NCBI RefSeq assembly: GCF_009914755.1
Contig: NC_060927.1
Strand: one strand, 5' to 3'
DNA length: 64,000 bases
From: the human T2T-CHM13v2.0 reference genome, Homo sapiens
The notes beneath the pieces are model-generated. The model saw only the letters and a list, made by a program, of their open reading frames with translations, made no database searches and was not told the origin of the DNA. The position numbers and the translations under genes are program-made. Below are positions 30,230 through 45,659 of this stretch, in pieces. Every line of letters begins with the position of its first letter. Positions within the stretch are counted from its first letter, which is position 1.

Positions 30230-31302
30230 CTTTGTGGTTTTATCTACCTTTGGTCTTTGATGTTGGTGACCTACAGATGGAGCTTTGGTATAGATATCCT
30301 TTTTGTTGATGTTGATGCTATTCCTTTCTGTTTGATAGTTTTCCTTCTAACAGTCAGGTCCCTCAGCTGCAGTTCTGTTGGGTTTTGCTGGAGGTCCACT
30401 CCAGACCCGGTTTGCCTGGGTATCACCAGTGGAGGCTGCAGAACAGCAAATATTGCTGCCTGAACCTTCCTCTGGAAACTTCATCCCAGAGGGGCACCTG
30501 CCTATGTGAGGTGTCTGTCAGCCCCTACTGGGAGGTGTCTGCCAGTTAGGCTACACGGGGGTCAGGAAGCCACTTGGAGAGGCAGTCTGTCCATTCCCCG
30601 AGCTCAGACACTGTGGTGGGAGAACCAGTGCTCTCTTCAGAGCTGTCAGACAGGGACATTTAGGTGTGCAGAAGTTGTCTACTGCCTTTTGTTTAGCTAT
30701 GCCCTGCTCACAGAAGTGGAGTCTATAGAGGCAGTAGGCCTCGCTGAGCTGTGGTGGGTTCTGCCCAGTTCGAGCTTCCCAGCTGCTTTGTTTACTGACT
30801 CAAGCCTCAGCAATGGCAGACGCCCTCCCCTAGCCAGGCTGCTGCCTCACAGTTCGATCTCAGACTGCTGCGCTAGCAGTGAGCAAGGCTCCCTGGGCAT
30901 GGGACCCACTGAGCCAGGCACAGGAGAGAATCTTCTTGTCTGCCGGTTGCTAAGACCTTGGGAACAGCTCAGTATTTGGGCGACAGTGTCCCATTTTTCC
31001 AGGTACAGTCTGTCATGGTTTCCCTTGGCTAGGAAAGGCACTTCCTGGGTGAGGTGACACCCCGCTCTGCTTCGTCTCACCCTCTATGGGCTGCACCCAC
31101 TGTCCAACCAGTCCCAATGAGATGAACTAGGTTCCTCAGTTGGAAATGCAGAAATCACCCATCTTCTGCATCAGTCACGCTGGGAGCTGCAAACTGGAGC
31201 TATTCCTATTTGGATATCTTGGAATGGACCTTACTTTGTAATAGATTTATAGTAAATTCTGAAATCAAGAAATGTGAGTACTTCAGCATAGTAGTTTGTT
31301 AT

Positions 31303-31430
31303 TTTTTAAAATTAACTTTACTTTTTAGATCAGTTTTAGTTACACAACAAAATTGAGGGGAAGATACAAGACATTTCCCATGTACCCCTTGCCCCACACA
31401 TGTGTAGTCTCCCTCATTATTAACATCCCT
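31303..31430 (-). mobile_element. Short L1MC1-like 3' end inserted in the old L1MB
   Basis: ttttagatcagttttag...aaaattgag...ttcccatgtaccccttgccccacacatg. Confidence 0.65.
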
Positions 31431-32384
31431 CTTCTTTTACAAGATCATTTTTGATATTTGGGGTTGCTTGAGATGCCATGTGAATTTTAGGATGAGTTTT
31501 TCTATCTTTGCAAAAATGTCACTGGGATTTTGATAGCCATTGCATTGATTCTGTAGATCACTTTGGTTATTATGACATTTTAACAATGTTAATTCTTCCA
31601 ATTCATGAACATGATATGTATTTCCATTCATCTATGTCTTTTAAAATTTCTTTCAGCAATGTTTTGTTGTTTTCATTGTACAAGTCTTTTACCTTCTTTG
31701 TATCGTAGTTTTTATTCCTTAGTATTTTTTGATGCTATTGTAAATAAAAATTTTTGTAATTTTTTTCTGATTGTTTATTGTTAAGAGTACAGAAATGCAA
31801 CTGATTTTATTTGTATTGGCTTTATATCCTGCTACTTTACGGAAGTCATTTATTAGTTCTAACAGGTTGTGTGTATGCAGGTAATATTTAGGGTTTTCTA
31901 TGTGTAAGATCATATCCTCTGCAAATAGAGACAGTTTTGGAGCTGTATATTTTTACATCTGCATCAGATTTCATTCATTGGTTATATCATAATCTATCTT
32001 AGTCTTTTATTGATGAACTTTTAGATTGTTTGCAATATTTTGCTTATAGCAAAAATGATTTAAATTTATCACTTAGTGTCAGTGGGAGTAGGAAAGTAAT
32101 TACCGAATCAAGAAACATGCAATCTTAATTTTCAATAGATAAAGCAAAACTGCTTCTCATTGAGAAAATGCCAACATATATTCCTCCCAGACATTAATAA
32201 GGATGCCCATATTATTATCAATTAGGTGTGTTACAAACTTTTTAATCTTAGCAAACCTGAGTTGTAAAAACTGTATCTCATTATACTTTTAATTTGAATT
32301 TCTATTTTTATTAGATATCAAGCATTTTCATCCAAACAGAGCAATTCGTATTTTCCTTTCATATAATTATTAACCGTTAAAAAA

Positions 32385-33180
32385 TCCCAGCTTTACTGGG
32401 GTATAATTTAGATACCATAAAATTCACCCATTATAAGTATACAATTCAGTGATTTTTTTAAAGTAAAATTTACATTTGTGCAGCAATCACCACAATCTAG
32501 TTTTAGAACATTTACAGAACGCCAAAATGTTATCTCCTTCCCATTTGAAGATAATCCCCTATCTCACACCCAGCTCTAGGAAACCACTGGCCTGCTTTCT
32601 CTGTATATAAATTTACTGTTTCTGGATATTTTGTATATGTAGAATCATACAATATGTAGTGTTTTGAATAAGGTCTCTTTTAATTAGTATGACACTTTTA
32701 AGGTTGAAAATGCCATAGTATGTATCAAGACTTCATTTCTTTTTTTTGTTCGATAGTGCTCCATTGTATGCATATATCACATTTTGTTCATTTATTTGCC
32801 ATTTAATGCACATTTGGATGCTTTGCAATTTTGGGCTATCATGGATGATACTGCTATAAACATTCACTTACAAATCTTTGTGTGGACATGTATTTTTGTT
32901 GCTTTTGGGTGGATTCCAAGAAATAAAATTGCTGGGCCAAATGTTAAGTGTATATTTAATTTCATGAGAAACTATATTTTGCAAAATGGCTGTATTATTT
33001 ACCTTCCCACCAGCAGTAAATGAAGACCCTGGGTCCTTCACATCTTTTCCTACACTTTGAAACACCTTTCTTTTTGATTATAGTCATTCTAGTGAGTACA
33101 TAATGGTATCTTATCGTAGTTTTAATTTGTGTTTTCCTAATGGCTAATGATGCTAAACATGTTTTTATATGCATAGTGAT

Positions 33181-33216
<36 letters not shown>

Positions 33217-34710
33217 CTATTCAAATCTTGTTTCTAGAAATTGTCCATTTCATCTCATTTGTCTTATTTTTTGGCATAGTTGTTTATAAATTCCCTTATA
33301 ATGTTTTAATTTCTGTAGCATTGGTTGTAATATTTCCACTTTCATTCCTGAATTTGATAAATTATGTTTTCATGTTTTCCTTTGGTTAGTTCAGTTAAAT
33401 ATTTGCCAATTTTGTTGATATTTTGAAAGAAACAACTTTTAGTTTTATTGCCTTATTTTCCTTTTGTTTTTGTTTTGTAGTTCATTGATTTGTGCTCTAA
33501 CCTTTATTTCTATCCTCTGTTTGCTTTGGGGTTAGTTTGCTCTTCTTTTACTATGCTCTTAAGGTAGAAGCATAGGTTATTGATTTGAGACCTTTCTTCT
33601 TTTCCAATATATGCCTTTAAAGCTGTAAATGTCTTTCTAAACACTGCTTAGCTGTACATCATAAATTTTGATATATTGTGGGGTTTTTCTGTTTGTTTTC
33701 ATTCATGCAAAGCCTTTCCTAATTTACCCTGTGGTTTCTTCTGTGACTTGAATTTGGCAACTTGTGCCTCCTTTGTCTTTGTCTGTCTCACTCTCTTTTT
33801 ATTGGTTAGTCTGGTTAAAGATTTGCCAATTTTGTTGATCTTTTCAAAAACTTTTAGTTTCATTTTTAGAATTTAGAAGTGTATTGTTTAATTTCCAAGT
33901 ACTTAAGGATTTCCCATATTCCTTTTAGTTGTTTATTTCTAAATTCCATTTTGGTTGAAAATACACTGTATGAATTCAATATTTTTAAGTGTGTTGAGAT
34001 TTGTTTTATGGCTTACCATATGATCTCATCCTGAAAAATATTCCACGTGCACTTAAAAAGAGCATGCATTCTGCATTCAATGAGTGGACCATTCTACCTA
34101 AATTAGTTTGAGTTGGTTGATAGTATTGTTCAAGTCTTGTATATCTTTACTGATTTTTTTTAATATAGTGGTTCTATCAATTATTGAATCTTTGGTATTG
34201 AGTCCTCCAACTTTCACTGTTGAATTTTCTATTTGTTTATTTCTCTATTCCTTTATTGCTTCTTTTCTGTTAAGACAATACTTTTAGTATGCTACTTTAA
34301 TTGCTCTTTTGATTTTTAAAACTAGTTTTTGAGTTATTCTCTCAATGGTCAATCTAGGAAATTATAAAATGCATTTTAATTGATGACAATTTCCTCTAGA
34401 ATAATACTAGCTTAATATTTGTAAAATACAGAAATTTTGCTTCAATATAGCTCTATTCTCTCCCACTCCTTTGTGCTATTATTGTTACATATTTTTATAT
34501 ATGTTATCAACTTAATAATAGATTGTATAATTATTGCTTTATACAGTCTTATGTCTTTTAAATAAATTAAGGGAAGAAATGTAAAAAAATGCTTTTAGAG
34601 TTTTATATTAACCTGCATAATTGCCATTTCAGTGTTCTTTATTTTTTCTTATGGATTTGAGTTACCTTCTTGTGGTATTACCTTTCAGGCTGAAGGTCTT
34701 CCTTATTCTT
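32385..34710 (-). mobile_element. Mosaic of old L1M fragments (L1MB7/8-like 3' end, then ORF2 remnants)
   Basis: cagctttactggggtataatt...aaaattcacccatt 3' end; T-rich antisense ORF2-like sequence. Confidence 0.7.
33185..33212 (+). repeat. (TG)14 microsatellite
   Basis: Direct observation. Confidence 0.97.
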
Positions 34711-36554
34711 TTTCCTCTCTTCCCAAGAACTCTAAGCAGATGGGTTTAGAGTTCAAGAACCTCTCACCAAAGAGAAAAAGACTTGGCCAAGAAGAAAGGC
34801 TGGCTCTTAGCCTGGGAATCAAGATCTATCTCTGTGTTTAGGGAGAGCTTGATTATGATCAGGTGGGAGAAAGTTGAATTTAAGTGCAAAGTAGGAAGCT
34901 GACCAACAGTCTATATCCTAGGTTTAGGAATGCTGAGTTCAGTGTGAATCTTGTCACATGCAAAACAGGAATATTCTTGCTTGCATAACTTGTTTCAAGA
35001 AAATGAAGAATTCTTTGTGATTGATGATGATTCTGCTTCCTTAGGTGAATACAAACCAGTAGCCAATGGTTTACTGGCCTGATTTGTACTGTAGGTCAGC
35101 ATCTCAAACCAAAGACTAAATTTCCCAAGGATGTTGCCAAAGTATTCAATTCAGACAAAGAGAGAACCAAAACTGTGTATTTGAAAAAGCATACATCCCT
35201 ACAAATTAAGTTTGTGTGAAGATTTGAACTAAATTATGTATTAGCCAGGAGAAGACAACAAATTCAACAACAAAAAAATGAAAACAACATTTACTAGTGT
35301 GCTGCTTCATTTTGGCATTGTTTACAATAAATAAAGCTAAGAATAAAAAGAGGAGAGGACAATTGTCTTGATGAGACATGAAATTGATATTCCTATAGAA
35401 CTTTACTCTTAAAAAGAAACATTCTATCCCAGATTAAGTTGTGCCTCCATTAATACGTGACATTACCCCTGAATGCTTTGTTTGGTACTCACATTATTTG
35501 AGTACTGGCTCTATAATTAGTCATTTTTGAATATCATCATTACTGTTACCAAGGCATACAAAAGATTTGTTTTTAAGTTTCAGGAGTTCTATTTTAAATC
35601 TTTTGCTCTACATTTTTCTTGGCAACACTCTTTTATTTCTTTTAAATTTATGTTCTATTTTATTTTCTGAGAAATGTCATGAAGTATTTTATTTTTTCCT
35701 AACTTTTCCTTGATGTTGGAAAGCTGTGAAGATTTGTGAAGCTGAAACAAATTCCTTCTTAATCATTTTAGACATTTCTGTAATAACACATGTACATGGT
35801 TTCTCAGCTCTTTTGATTCATTGTACATTAGAAACATTCCTTTAAGGTTAGTAGCTATAATTTCATTTTGTGGTAGAAGAAAAGAACTGCAGAGGAGTTT
35901 GACAGCTATTTTAAGACAATGGGAAAAAGTTTGTATGTGTTTTTGGATGATATGAGCTTAATGAAAGCTTTTTATGCTTCCTGCTCTTGCATGAGGAGGC
36001 AGGTCTACCAAAAATGGTAGATCACAGATTGACAACTTTTACTACTTGTCAAAGAGACTTCAGGAGCCACAGGGTTGGATGGATAGTTGCTGAGGGCAGA
36101 CTGTCTTCTGGAGATTCTCTGTTAAATTTTGCACTAAGAGTTCCTCGGAGTCAAAATAGTATTCAGAGTATCAGGGAGTATGTAAACTGATTCTTTTCTT
36201 CCCATTTCAACTTCATATTCTGCTTTATTGTAGACATCATTACAGAAGTTAATGGCCTGCAGAATAGCTAATTATATTAGTACACCACTTGAAATAGGAT
36301 GCATAGAATTCTGACCCCATGGTCCCCCTCCCAAATTTACATCATTACACAAAAGATAAACTTATCAGGGGAGTGAAAGCAGTAAGCATATGATAAATTA
36401 CTTCATAGACTTAATAAATATCAATTTGTAGCCTGTTCCTTTTTTTTTTTTTTTTTTTTTTTTGCTAAGGCTAATATATCTAGCATAGTGTTGATCAGCT
36501 CCCAATCTGGGAAAATGCCAGACTGTCGATCACTTTTATAGAAAATGAAGCCAT

Positions 36555-37000
36555 ATATTTATTCAACAAGTATTTATTGATCTTCTGTTATGTGTATCAA
36601 GCACCATGTTAGATGCTGGGTCTACAATAATAAGATAAACAGACGAGACTCATTTTCCCATAGAACTGTCAGAGTTTATGAGAAAGATAGACAATAAAAT
36701 AACTATACAAATAGATATTTATACTATGTAGACATATAAAGTTATGTAAGGGCATAAAGCCAGAGCTAATGTTTTGCAGGATAGGGGAAGGATTTGTGGC
36801 GGAAGCAAGTGCTTCAGGTAGAGGGAGGAGTGTGTGCACAATCTTCACAATGGAAGGGAACAATTACTTGTCTGAGGAACCTAAAATGGCAATGCAGGAA
36901 ACACAAGGAGAAGAAATGAAAGATACAAGACTAGAAAGATAGGCAGGATCAAGGTCATAAAGGGTACCAAAGGTTATAAAGAAGATTGATTTTTAGGACT
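36555..37000 (-). mobile_element. L2 fragment
   Basis: tttattcaacaagtatttattga...tatgtg...agcaccatgttagatgctggg. Confidence 0.7.
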
Positions 37001-38383
37001 TCTTACCTTAACCTGTGGGAAAATAGTTTCAGTTTAAAATTATCAGTTAGGTAGGCAAATTCTTAGCTTAAAGGTTTTTTTAATAATTGAGACACTCTCT
37101 CTTGAAGGAATAATAAAATTAATGATATGCGTGTTGTTGCATGTGACTAAAGAAATACCGCTAATATCCACAGAAGAATATTTTCCTTTTAATGTAGTGC
37201 TATATTACCCATTTCTGGATGTAAAGCTAATTATTTGTCAAATTAAAGTCTATTATTATCAGCAATATTATTATCTCTTGGAAATAATTGATAGCCTTGG
37301 TTTGCAAGCTCTGGTGTAACACAGGAGAATACAGTTTATCAGATTCAAAAAAGCCTGTAATAAAGGTAATTTGGTGGATTTAAACATTAGCGTGAGAAAT
37401 ATAAATGGAAACAGAGCAAAAAAAAGAACTTGTCTTTTGTTGTTTCCTGCTGTGTCATTAGCTAGTCTTCATATTAAAAACATTCTGTCCTAATAGGAGT
37501 GGCTTGATAATGTATTGGTCTCCATTAAAGAACAAAAATTATATAAATGAATCATTTCTTTGTAGATGAGGCAAAAGGTATAGCAACTTCTACTGAAGTC
37601 CTTGTGTCTATCAATTGCTTAGACAAGGTAGTTAAGTTAAGGAATATGTGTGTGTGTGTATGTATATATATATATAAATAAATAAAATGATTCAGTTGAA
37701 ATAGCAAAGAAACTTAAATATGACTCATAATATTGGATTGCTACATAACAATTTACCCTTATAGTCTTTAATGTTTATTTTGTCTTTAATGTTAATGCAA
37801 AATTTATCTCTCTTCTCTTTCATTAGGAAAGTTTAGAATAAATCCCCTTCCACCCCTGCCCCTGGTGCCAAACTTGGAAGAATGACTTCATGGATGGAAG
37901 TAAGTAAAATGTGGAATCTTGCACTCTTTTAAGGAAGCTGTTACTGGTTGCAAGACTCCTTGATTAATCTGGAAAGGAGAATGAACTGAGTGTTACAGAC
38001 TTCCCTTGTGGTGGACTGCATTCCACTGAATTTGTTTCTAGCACTGTAAAGACATTTGTGCGTTTTTGGAGTGGTGTTTCCATGTTTCTATTTTGTGGGT
38101 AACATATACCCCTCAAGGAACACTTGGGGTACTTGTTGATGATGATGGGTGACAATAAGCCCATACTGCATCTGGCTGAGCTAACTTGAGGTCAGGTTTC
38201 ACTCTTGCATTCACCCTCTTCCCCACCTTGCCCTTCTAATCCTAACACAATTTTCTTAGTATTTAGTAATGGAGAAACCTCAATTTCTGTTTTCAAATTC
38301 TCTGTTCTATGCTCATGTGTTTAAGGCACCTCACAAAATACACAGAACACCCACTTCATAATTTAAAAACAATTATTGAGCAC

Positions 38384-38756
38384 TGATATGGTTTGGCTCT
38401 GTATCTCAACCAAAATCTCATTTCGAATTGTAATCCCCACATATTGAGGGAGGTACCTGGTAGGAGGTGATTGGATCATAGGGGCAGTTTCTCCCATGCT
38501 GTTCTCATGGTAGTGAGGGAGTTCCTTCGAGAGCTGAGGGTTTTAACAGTATTTGGCAGCTCCTCCTTTGTTTGCTGTCTCTGGTCTGCCGTCATGTAAG
38601 ACATGCCTTTGCTTCTCCTTCACCTTCTGCCATAATTGTCAGTTCCCCGAGGCCTCCCCAGCCATTTGGAACTGTGAGTCAATTAAACCTCTTTTCTTTA
38701 TAAATTATCCAGTCTTGGGTATTTTTTTTATAGCAGTATCAAAATGGACTAATACA
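38384..38756 (+). mobile_element. THE1D-like solo LTR inserted in a MIR
   Basis: tgatatggtttgg...ggactaataca; perfect TSD agcac. Confidence 0.92.
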
Positions 38757-38787
38757 AGCACGTGTTATGTGCCATCCATTATGATAA

Positions 38788-39216
<429 letters not shown>

Positions 39217-39805
39217 TGAAATAATCTTTCACTGCTAAGAAGTAAGATAATACAGATTTGAACCCATGGAGGCCAAGTGCAGAGCCAAGCTCCTAGCCAT
39301 TTGACAATACTGCTATATTGAGCAATTTCTCTTCACTATATCAAAAATTAATATTTGCTGAGAATTTTAGCCTCTACTTGTGAAAAAAAAGTCATAGTGC
39401 ATAAAATCTCAAGATATCATATCCAGACCTCTTCTAGTATAACAAGGGAAAAGGAAAGGCTGATATGATAAAGGCAAGCTCCAGTTTCATAACTCATAGA
39501 AAAGAGTAGGAAAAGAGGTTCATTTTACCCATGTCACTCCATCCTCCAGGCTGGCAGAGCTAAGCACCGAGAAAAATCCCCTTGGCTTTGAGTTCCCCTT
39601 GTGGGGGAAAAGGCGAGCAGGAGGAATCCCAGTAGCCTTTGCCGTTAATAATCCTGGCAGTCCTTGCTGCTGGCTGTGGACCCATGGCCTTAACCATCCA
39701 GGACCCCTGCAGTCTTTGCTGATTAGATCCCAGCTGTTGAAGCCACCTAAACTCCATCTTGCTGCACCTTCCTGGAGCTGGAGCTTTCCCAGTCCAAGGA
39801 GATTT

Positions 39806-39914
39806 AACAGAGTCAAATGTTAATCTCCTTTGGCAACATCCTCACAGACACACCCAGGAACAATACTTCACATCTTTCAATCCAATCAAGTTGACATGCG
39901 ATATTAACCATCAC
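39806..39914 (-). mobile_element. MLT2A (HERV-L LTR) terminal fragment
   Basis: tcaaatgttaatctcctttggcaacatcctcacagacacacccagg...attaaccatcac. Confidence 0.8.
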
Positions 39915-39915
39915 T

Positions 39916-40705
39916 TTACCCAAAGTGATCTACAGATTCAGTGTAATCCCTATTAAAATCACAGTGGCTTTCTTTTCAGAAATGGAAAAATAATTCTACA
40001 ATTTGCATGACACTACAAAAGACCCCAAATAGCCAAAGCAGTTTTGAGCAAGAAGAATGATGGTGGAGGCATATATTTCCTGATTTTGAAATATATTACA
40101 AAGCTACAGTAATCAAAACAGTATGGTAGTGGCAAAAACAAACCAAAAACAGATGTATAGACTAATGAAATAGAACATGGTATATATACATACACACACA
40201 CACACACGTATACATACAATGGAAGATTATTCAGCCTTAAAAATAAGGAAATCTTGCAACTTTTGACAAAATGGATGAATCTGGAGGACAATATACTAAG
40301 TAAAATAAGCCAAACACAGAAAGACAAATATTGCATGATCTTACATATATTCAGAATAGGAAATAGTCAAACTCATAGAAGCAGAGGGTAGAGTGGTAGT
40401 TATTAAGGCCTGGAAGGAAGGGAAAATGAGATGATGTTGGTCAAAGGGTATGAAGTTCCAGTTTCACAAGGTGAACAGTTTGACACTTGAAATTTGCAAA
40501 GAAGGTAGATATTAAGTGTTTTACACACACACACAGACACACACACACAAAATGTTAATTTTGTGAGATATTGGATATGTTAATTAGCTTGGATGTAGTA
40601 ATCATTTCACAATATATACATATATCAAAGCATCAAGTTGTACACTTAAATATATGCAATTTTTATTTGTCAAATGTACCTTAATAAAGATGTTAAAAAA
40701 GAAAA
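39916..40705 (+). mobile_element. L1MA9/10-like fragment with internal deletion and (CA)n tracts
   Basis: ORF2 remnant followed by 3'UTR ending aataaagatgttaaaaaa. Confidence 0.8.
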
Positions 40706-40738
40706 CAACATCAATCATTTTGGAAGAAATTTGGGCAC

Positions 40739-41093
40739 TGATACGGTTTGGCTGTGTCCCCATCCAAATCTCATCTTGAATTCCTGCATGTTGTGGGAGG
40801 GACCCAGTGGGAGGTAACTGAATCATGGGGGCAAGTCTTTCTTGTGCTATTCTCATGATAGTGAATAAATCTCACCAGATGTGATGGTTTTATAAAGAGG
40901 AGTTCTCCTACACAAGTTCTCTCTCTTTGTCTGCTACCATCCATGTAAGATGTGACTGCTCCTCCTTGCCTTCCACCCTGATTGTGAGGCCTCCCCACCC
41001 ATGTGGAACTGTAAGTCCATTAAACCTCTTTCTTTTGTAAATTGCCCAGGCTTGGGTATGTCTTTATCAGTGGTGTGAAAACGGACTAATACA
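40739..41093 (+). mobile_element. THE1B-like solo LTR
   Basis: tgatacggtttgg...ggactaataca; perfect TSD ggcac. Confidence 0.93.
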
Positions 41094-41121
41094 GGCACAG
41101 AAACTTTTCCTGATAGGATGA

Positions 41122-41485
41122 GGCTATGGTCTGAATTTTTATTCCCCACCCCCTACATTCATATGTTGGACTTCTAATGCCCAAGATAATGGCATTGGGA
41201 GGTGTGGCATTTGGGATATGATTAGGTCATGATGGCAGAGCACTCATGAGCAGGATTAGGGCCCTTATAAAAGAGGCCTGAGAGAGACTCCTTGCTTCTC
41301 CTGCCATGTGAAGTTAGAGTGAGAAGAGGAGCCCTCACCAGACACCAAATCTATTAGTCCCTTAATCTTGGACTTTCCAGCCTCTGGAATTGTAAGAAAT
41401 AAATTTCTATTGTTTATTAACCACCAAATCTACCAAAATACCCATCTACAGTATTTTCTTAGAGCAGCTTGAATGGACTAAGACA
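41122..41485 (+). mobile_element. MLT1A0-like MaLR solo LTR
   Basis: gctatggtctgaat...cccttataaaagagg...aataaatttct...ggactaagaca. Confidence 0.85.
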
Positions 41486-43301
41486 AGTGAGTTACTGGGG
41501 GCTAACTGCACTCGTGAGGGAAAAAGAATGATGGTCACTGTGGATGTGCCTACTTGCCTGCTCTGAATATTTCCCCTGTTATTTCCCTAAAGCACTCATC
41601 TGTGATTTCAAATATCATTAAGATTTCCATGGTAAATTAGCTTCCAATTCTTGGTCTGTCTGAGGCCACAGCATGTCTGTTCAAACAGGACTACCAGCAC
41701 CCTTTGATGGGAAGAGATACAAACAACCCATTGAAGGGAGTCGGGTAATCTTTGTCTTAGGAAAAAAAACCACAAAGATGGGAGAGATGGTATATGTTTA
41801 CATGACACATGCCCCAGAAGATCCTGCTATGTGATGTTCTTGATTCTATTGATTATTTCTGTGCTGGAAACCCCTGGTGGTGAAGTCATATTTTGATCTG
41901 ATTGCTGTTTAGACCCCACACTGTTTTGTAAACAAAGGCTATAAGATGTCTAAGGCCACTGTCCTTGTCAGTTTTCTCTGGTTTCTTCAAAGTAACCGAG
42001 TGCAGCTTCATGCCTCCAGCAAAAATAATTATCATTGGATTTAAGCTTGTTTCATGGGTAACAGCAAGAAAGCATCACAACATTCTCCTAAGACAGCTAT
42101 ATTGATCTGCATCATTTCACTCAGGTTTCCCACTATGTTGCAATACATTTAGAGAGCCAAGCTGCAGGAAACCTACTTCCACCACTGTGCCTTGTTTCAT
42201 CTATTGAAATAAAAGAAAAACCAGTCTAGAGTCACTCCATGTTGAGCTGGCCTGGATTTTGTATTTCATCACAATTGTATGTGTTCCAGAGAATGAATGA
42301 ATATAAATACATCACTGGCAATAGGGCACATTGTTACAAGCAAGAAAAGTGAAGGAGAGAAGGAAGAAAGGGAAGCAGGAAGAAAAGAAGCACTATGCCA
42401 GTATACAACGTAAATACATGAGCATGATGCTATCCTTATAAAAGATTGATAAATCTACCCTAACAATTTTACATAGGCCAATGCGTTTTAAGCGCTAGAT
42501 TTCAAATTTTCCTCAAAAATCTATACTATAATTTGGTAATTGCATTCAGTATTGAAAGTGAATTTTTTAACCACATTCTGGAAAACAAACATTATGTATA
42601 CTTTTGTATACACCTACAGATTTAGAATTTGTGAATTAAACAGAGGTTGGTCTGAAGTTGTGCTCTCTGTTATGGGAAAAACATTATTTCTCATTCTGTA
42701 CATATGCTCTTAAATGTTGCTTTCCCCATGATTACTGACAGTTTTCTGAGGAAATGGCTGTGTCTGTGGGGGCTGATCTATAGTGAATAAGCTATCTGTA
42801 AGTATTCTCAGTGATGGGGTACTGAAAAAGATGTGGGAAAAACAAGGTGGAATCAAAAAATTGATGGGAAGAGTTATGAACCAGCTACTAGGAGGCAGTG
42901 GACGTAGAAAGCAATGGAGACTGTCTATAGGACCCTCGTTTGCAGTATTACTGGTTCTAGAGAGGAGAGAACTACTTACACGTGTTGATCATTTACCAGA
43001 GTTAGACTGCTTTATGTAAGTCTTCTCATTTAATGTTATCATCTGATCATGAGAGGTAGCAATTTTTAAATTTTATTTCATAGGACAGGCAATAAATCCT
43101 GTGAGATTATGTAATGTTCCAAGAGTTGCACAATTAGAAAGGAAAAGAGGATTTGAACTCTAGTCTGTTCAACTTCAACTTTACTCTTGTGGCAGAAAGT
43201 ATTTTCTAAAGATGAATCCAACATTATCTACCATTCCTCAAGCTCTTCTCCAGAGTGATTTTGCCAGTCCCAATCAGAGATGGTGTCTAAATTCCCTTCC
43301 C

Positions 43302-44399
<1,098 letters not shown>

Positions 44400-44823
44400 T
44401 AGTTACACTCTGTGACACTAACATCTACATCAGAAAAGGTCCAATGTCCAAAGAAGCTTCTACTCAGTTCTCTTGGGACACTTGCTCTGGGGAAAGCAAT
44501 TGCCATGGTAGAAGTCTGACTACACTGAGGCTCTCATGTTGGAAAGGCAATATTAGTGACTCCTGTGAATAGTTCTAGCTGAGCCCAGCCTTCCAGCCAC
44601 CCCTGCCAATGTACCAGATGTAAGTGTAAAGCCACCTTGGATTTTCCAGGCCAGCATATCTGCCTCCTGGGTACCACCAAGTACCCCAGTCAATACTACA
44701 CGAAGCAGAATAGTTTAACCAAGATCTGCTCACATTCTTGACTCATAGTCATGAGGTTCAACAAATTTGGAGTAGTTTGTTATGTAGAAGTAGTAACTGG
44801 AATAGCTTATAACCATATGGTTG

Positions 44824-45127
44824 GGCTGGGAGCAGTGGCTCACACCTATAATCCCAGCAGTTTGGGAGTCCAACATGAAAGGATTGCTTGAGGCCAGGAG
44901 TTCCAGACAAGCCTGGGCAACATAGACTCCAACTCTACAAAAAATAAAAAAATTAACTGGGTGTGGTGGCATGTACCTATAGTTCTAGCTACTCAGGAGG
45001 CTGAAGTGGGAGGACTGCTTGAGCCCAGGAGTTGAAGGTTACAGTGGGCTATGATTGTGCCACTGCACTTCAGCCTGGGTGACAGAGTGAGGCCCTGTGT
45101 CTAAAACCAACCAACCAAACAACAAAA
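44824..45127 (+). mobile_element. AluJ
   Basis: Full dimer with J diagnostics (gcttgaggccaggag, gcttgagcccaggag); (CCAA)n-like tail. Confidence 0.93.
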
Positions 45128-45659
45128 GATATGTTGCTCTTTTTCCCAAAGCCAGGCAAAAGTAGAAACAGAAAAAGACCTGCATCTTAGTAGCTGGGAG
45201 AACTTTGACAGCCTCATCTGAGACTAGCTAGAAACAAGTTGAAACTGAGAAAAAGTTTTCACAAGAATAGGTAAAGAAGGACTGGGCTGAGGACAGGGTA
45301 ATTGGAAAATCTAGAGTAAAAAGTAAACGTAAGTGTTACATCCTTGAAATAGCTCCCAATCTTGTCTGCGTTTCCTTCTTCCTTTCAATAAGGCTTTTCA
45401 GTTCTAAACTTATACTATTATCTAAAATCAGCTTAGTTATCTTACCCTTTACCTTAAAATACTCTGCTCTACTCACTGATGTCTACAAAATAGAGTCCAA
45501 ATTTAACTTGTTTAGTCCAGTATAAAGGCAAAGAAGGGTGAGAGGTCCAGAGTCAGAAGACGTGAAGGTTAAATTTCTAAGCAGAAAACCTTGTTCTCTG
45601 TCATTGTTCTTGTGTCCTATTTCTGGATATGCAGCATCTAATATGAACAAAATAATGTA

